From contig CATNEN010000001.1 in assembly GCA_950097015.1 (NCBI GenBank), forward strand, positions 18,600,001 through 18,664,000: a stretch of DNA of 64,000 bases, in the 5' to 3' direction. Each line of letters begins with the position of its first letter. Within the stretch, counting starts at the first letter, position 1. This document shows positions 61,382 through 64,000 of the stretch, in pieces. This stretch comes from Macrostomum hystrix. Its lineage: Eukaryota; Animalia; Platyhelminthes. Under the pieces are notes generated by a model. That model searched no databases. It was not told the DNA's origin and worked only from the letters and a program-made list of their open reading frames with translations. The translations under genes were made by a program, and so were the position numbers.

Positions 61382-61759
61382 ATGCAGTCCAATCGCTATA
61401 TTGTAATTTTCTCTAATAATGGTGAAATTTTAGAAGTAGATGAGACAGAGATTATGCTTGAAGAATACCAGGATTTTGACTGGGCCAGCATGGAGCCTTC
61501 GAAACTGTACTCAGCTACGAGAATTGAGGTGAGGGCAGAGTACAGTGGCGAATGGTATGACGCCGTTCTCCTCCAGGTGGTCACTGACCCAGAAGTGGAC
61601 AGCACGCCAACCGTCCTTCACCTGCGGAGAATGCGCACCATCAAGAAGAAAAGTGTGGACTCGCTGCTGAAGGCCGTTTGTCGGGTGAATGCCGGGCGCC
61701 ACCGAAGCCGATTGGGAGCCATTCAGGTAGGACACTACAACTTTTACTATAACAGATAG
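61382..61759 (+). CDS. Probable first exon of a gene with a Tudor/SH3-like N-terminus (candidate EnSpm accessory ORF)
   Basis: YIVIF...VRAEYSGEWYDAVLLQV; CAG|GTAGGA donor at ~61726; lies just downstream of the second promoter copy once the KDZ insertion is removed. Confidence 0.45.
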   Translation: MQSNRYIVIFSNNGEILEVDETEIMLEEYQDFDWASMEPSKLYSATRIEVRAEYSGEWYDAVLLQVVTDPEVDSTPTVLHLRRMRTIKKKSVDSLLKAVCRVNAGRHRSRLGAIQVGHYNFYYNR

Positions 61760-62566
61760 TCTGTTAATAAACAGCAGACATTTATATTAATTATCCAAGT
61801 AGACTCACTGCTTAAACCATTCACAGATCAAAGCCGCACTCATTCATTTGCTCACAGACTCACTGATTTCTGTGATTCATTTACAGACGCTCTCATTTAT
61901 TCATTTACTGACTCTGGTTCATTCACGAACAGACTTTATCCACACAAATTGAGTTTTTCAATAAGCAGAATAGCTGCCTGTGATGGCCTGGGCTGCAGAC
62001 CCTCAGTCTGCACGCCTGGCCGGGAACTTTGACTGCACAAAACTAACTGTGTCCTGTCTGCTTGCACTCAGTATGGGGGCCACTGACTGACTCATGGGCG
62101 CTGTACGCTTCTCAACTCACTGCGCACCGAGTTTCCCGTTGTACGTTCACATGCCTTCCCCTGCCACCTAACGGCCGTGGACTAGCCGGCCCCAGCTCAC
62201 GGTAAAAATTAGACGGCTAGCCCAGGTCACCTCACCGTGCCATGAGTCCGGCTAGACGAGTGCAGCTCATGAGCTCCCTGTGGGAACGTGAAGCGTGGGA
62301 ACCCCATGATGAAGCGTGGTTGGCTGGGAGGGGTTGTTTACGCGAACTTGGGAACGAACTAGACGATGGTGCCATACATCCCTATTTGAGCGGGGGACAA
62401 AGGGGAACGAGCTGTTTTTCCTCTTCCCACCAAAACTCGAATAGTAAAGAGCTCGTCGAGTCAAAACTTCAAATCTAATTCTATATACTATACTAGCTAG
62501 AATTGTTAAATAGAAACCTTTTTTATTAGCTCAAATAAGAACTGACAGGTAAGCCAAGTTTAGGTG

Positions 62567-62998
62567 CCCATGTCGGTTTAATATTTTCCTATTTGTAATA
62601 ATGTATTGTAAGAGTTTGTGGCATGTCAAAATCAATCCATATTTGTTATTTGACCCATGTCAGTTTAATATTTTCGTATTTGTAATAATGTATTGTAAGA
62701 GTTTGTGGCATGTCAAAATCAATCCATATTTGTTATTTGACCCATGTCGGTTTAATATTTTCGTATTTGTAATAATGTATTGTAAGAGTTTGTGGCATGT
62801 CAAAATCAATCCATATTTGTTATTTGACCCATGTCGGTTAAATATATTTTCCTATTTGTAATAATGTATTGTAAGAGTTTGTGGCATGTCAAAATCAATC
62901 CATATTTGTTATTTGACCCATGTCAGTTTAATATTTTCGTATTTGTAATAATGTATTGTAAGAGTTTGTGGCATGTCAAAATCAATCCATATTTGTTA
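62567..62998. repeat. 87-bp tandem repeat, about 5 copies
   Basis: CCCATGTCGGTTTAATATTTTC...ATTTGTTATTTGA repeated almost perfectly. Confidence 0.95.
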
Positions 62999-64000
62999 CT
63001 GCTGTATAATAATCTACATAGTTGGAAATTGCTGGTATTATAAATATTACTATCAATATTTATAGTAGTAATAGCTCATTAATGCTGCCTGCTAAACAAG
63101 CTTTTCATGCAGATCTAAACAGTGGCATACATTGCATAGAAATCCATTCCAGGGGTCATTACTGTCTCGGGTGTCACGGCAAGCTCATGCTGATAATTTT
63201 CGCTAATTTTTGGTGCTCAGAATTCTGTTGAGTAATTGTAATGGGGCTCCAACCCCTCAGCCACATAGATCGTCACAGCGTCACCTATCCTATATGCAGA
63301 GGATAGGCCACCCTCTCCCATTCAAATGCACGCTCTCCTATTTCCCCTGTGTTAGGCAGATTTCTGGTAACCCATACTACTAGTGTTCGGCTACTAGTAG
63401 CTAGTATGACCCCCTCGCCTACGCCATTCAGATCAAGGTGTCAAATCTTAGATAGTCCAACTCTTAATCACCCACACTGCACCCACACCTGCAGCCCGGA
63501 GAAATATGTAACATGCCCTGTGGCCTGTGACTATGACCTGTTAAGAGTGCCTTCAAGGAAGTGAATATTTCAGTCAAACCAATACAGAAAAGTTGCGACA
63601 CAGACTACTAGATGAGGAGTAGTATCAACTGTTAGCCGTTCTTACTCTGCATCTGGCGCAGGAGAAAAGGGGAATGACGGAGAGATCGGGAGAGAGAGCA
63701 GATGAAAAAAGCACTGTGGAAAGCGGCAGAATTTGAATGTAATTGAAAGTTAGAAACAGGAACAGCCTCTATTTGTCAAAGTCAGTGTGTTAAATATAAG
63801 GAAAATGCCTGACCATAGCGGGCATGTCTCCTCGAGGCTGATGTAGAGAGGAGAATCTGAGAATCACATGGAATCGAGTCCTCGTTTAATTATTGTTATT
63901 AGCATGTAGCATTAATAGAATGGGACCATATAGGGCCAAAACACCTGTTTATAAAAAATGAGGGCCATTGCATTTGAATTCACATTGAACTGTAACTTTC

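Overview
Eukaryotic (metazoan-like; GT-AG introns, tRNA-derived SINEs) window made almost entirely of nested transposable elements, with no obvious ordinary host gene. 1-1720 is the terminal arm of a DNA transposon ending ...TTTTACACCGGG. It interrupts a decayed BEL/Pao integrase (1721-3171). Just downstream sits a young, non-autonomous Gypsy-like LTR element (3250-18664, minus strand, CAAT TSD, ~2.3 kb LTR). That element encodes Gag, a -1 frameshifted protease, an unknown ORF3 and a 3-exon antisense gene for an 82-aa membrane protein, but no RT or integrase. A full-length LOA/Lian-type LINE with RNase H (4247-9296) is inserted in one of its LTRs. At 24905 an inverted copy of the same DNA-transposon arm (CCCGGTGTAAAA...) opens a region with an ETS-domain gene, a 4-exon SET8/PR-Set7-like methyltransferase gene, an apparently intact 3-exon EnSpm/CACTA-like transposase gene and duplicated promoter modules; this may be one giant cargo-carrying element extending past the window. 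Nested in it is an 18-kb foldback-type KDZ (Kyakuja-Dileera-Zisupton) transposon (43242-61320) with 2.6-4 kb satellite-filled TIRs, an apparently intact spliced KDZ transposase and a convergent 5-exon HMG-box-like gene. All gene models were assembled by eye from splice signals and frame continuity, and family assignments rest on recalled motifs, not database searches.
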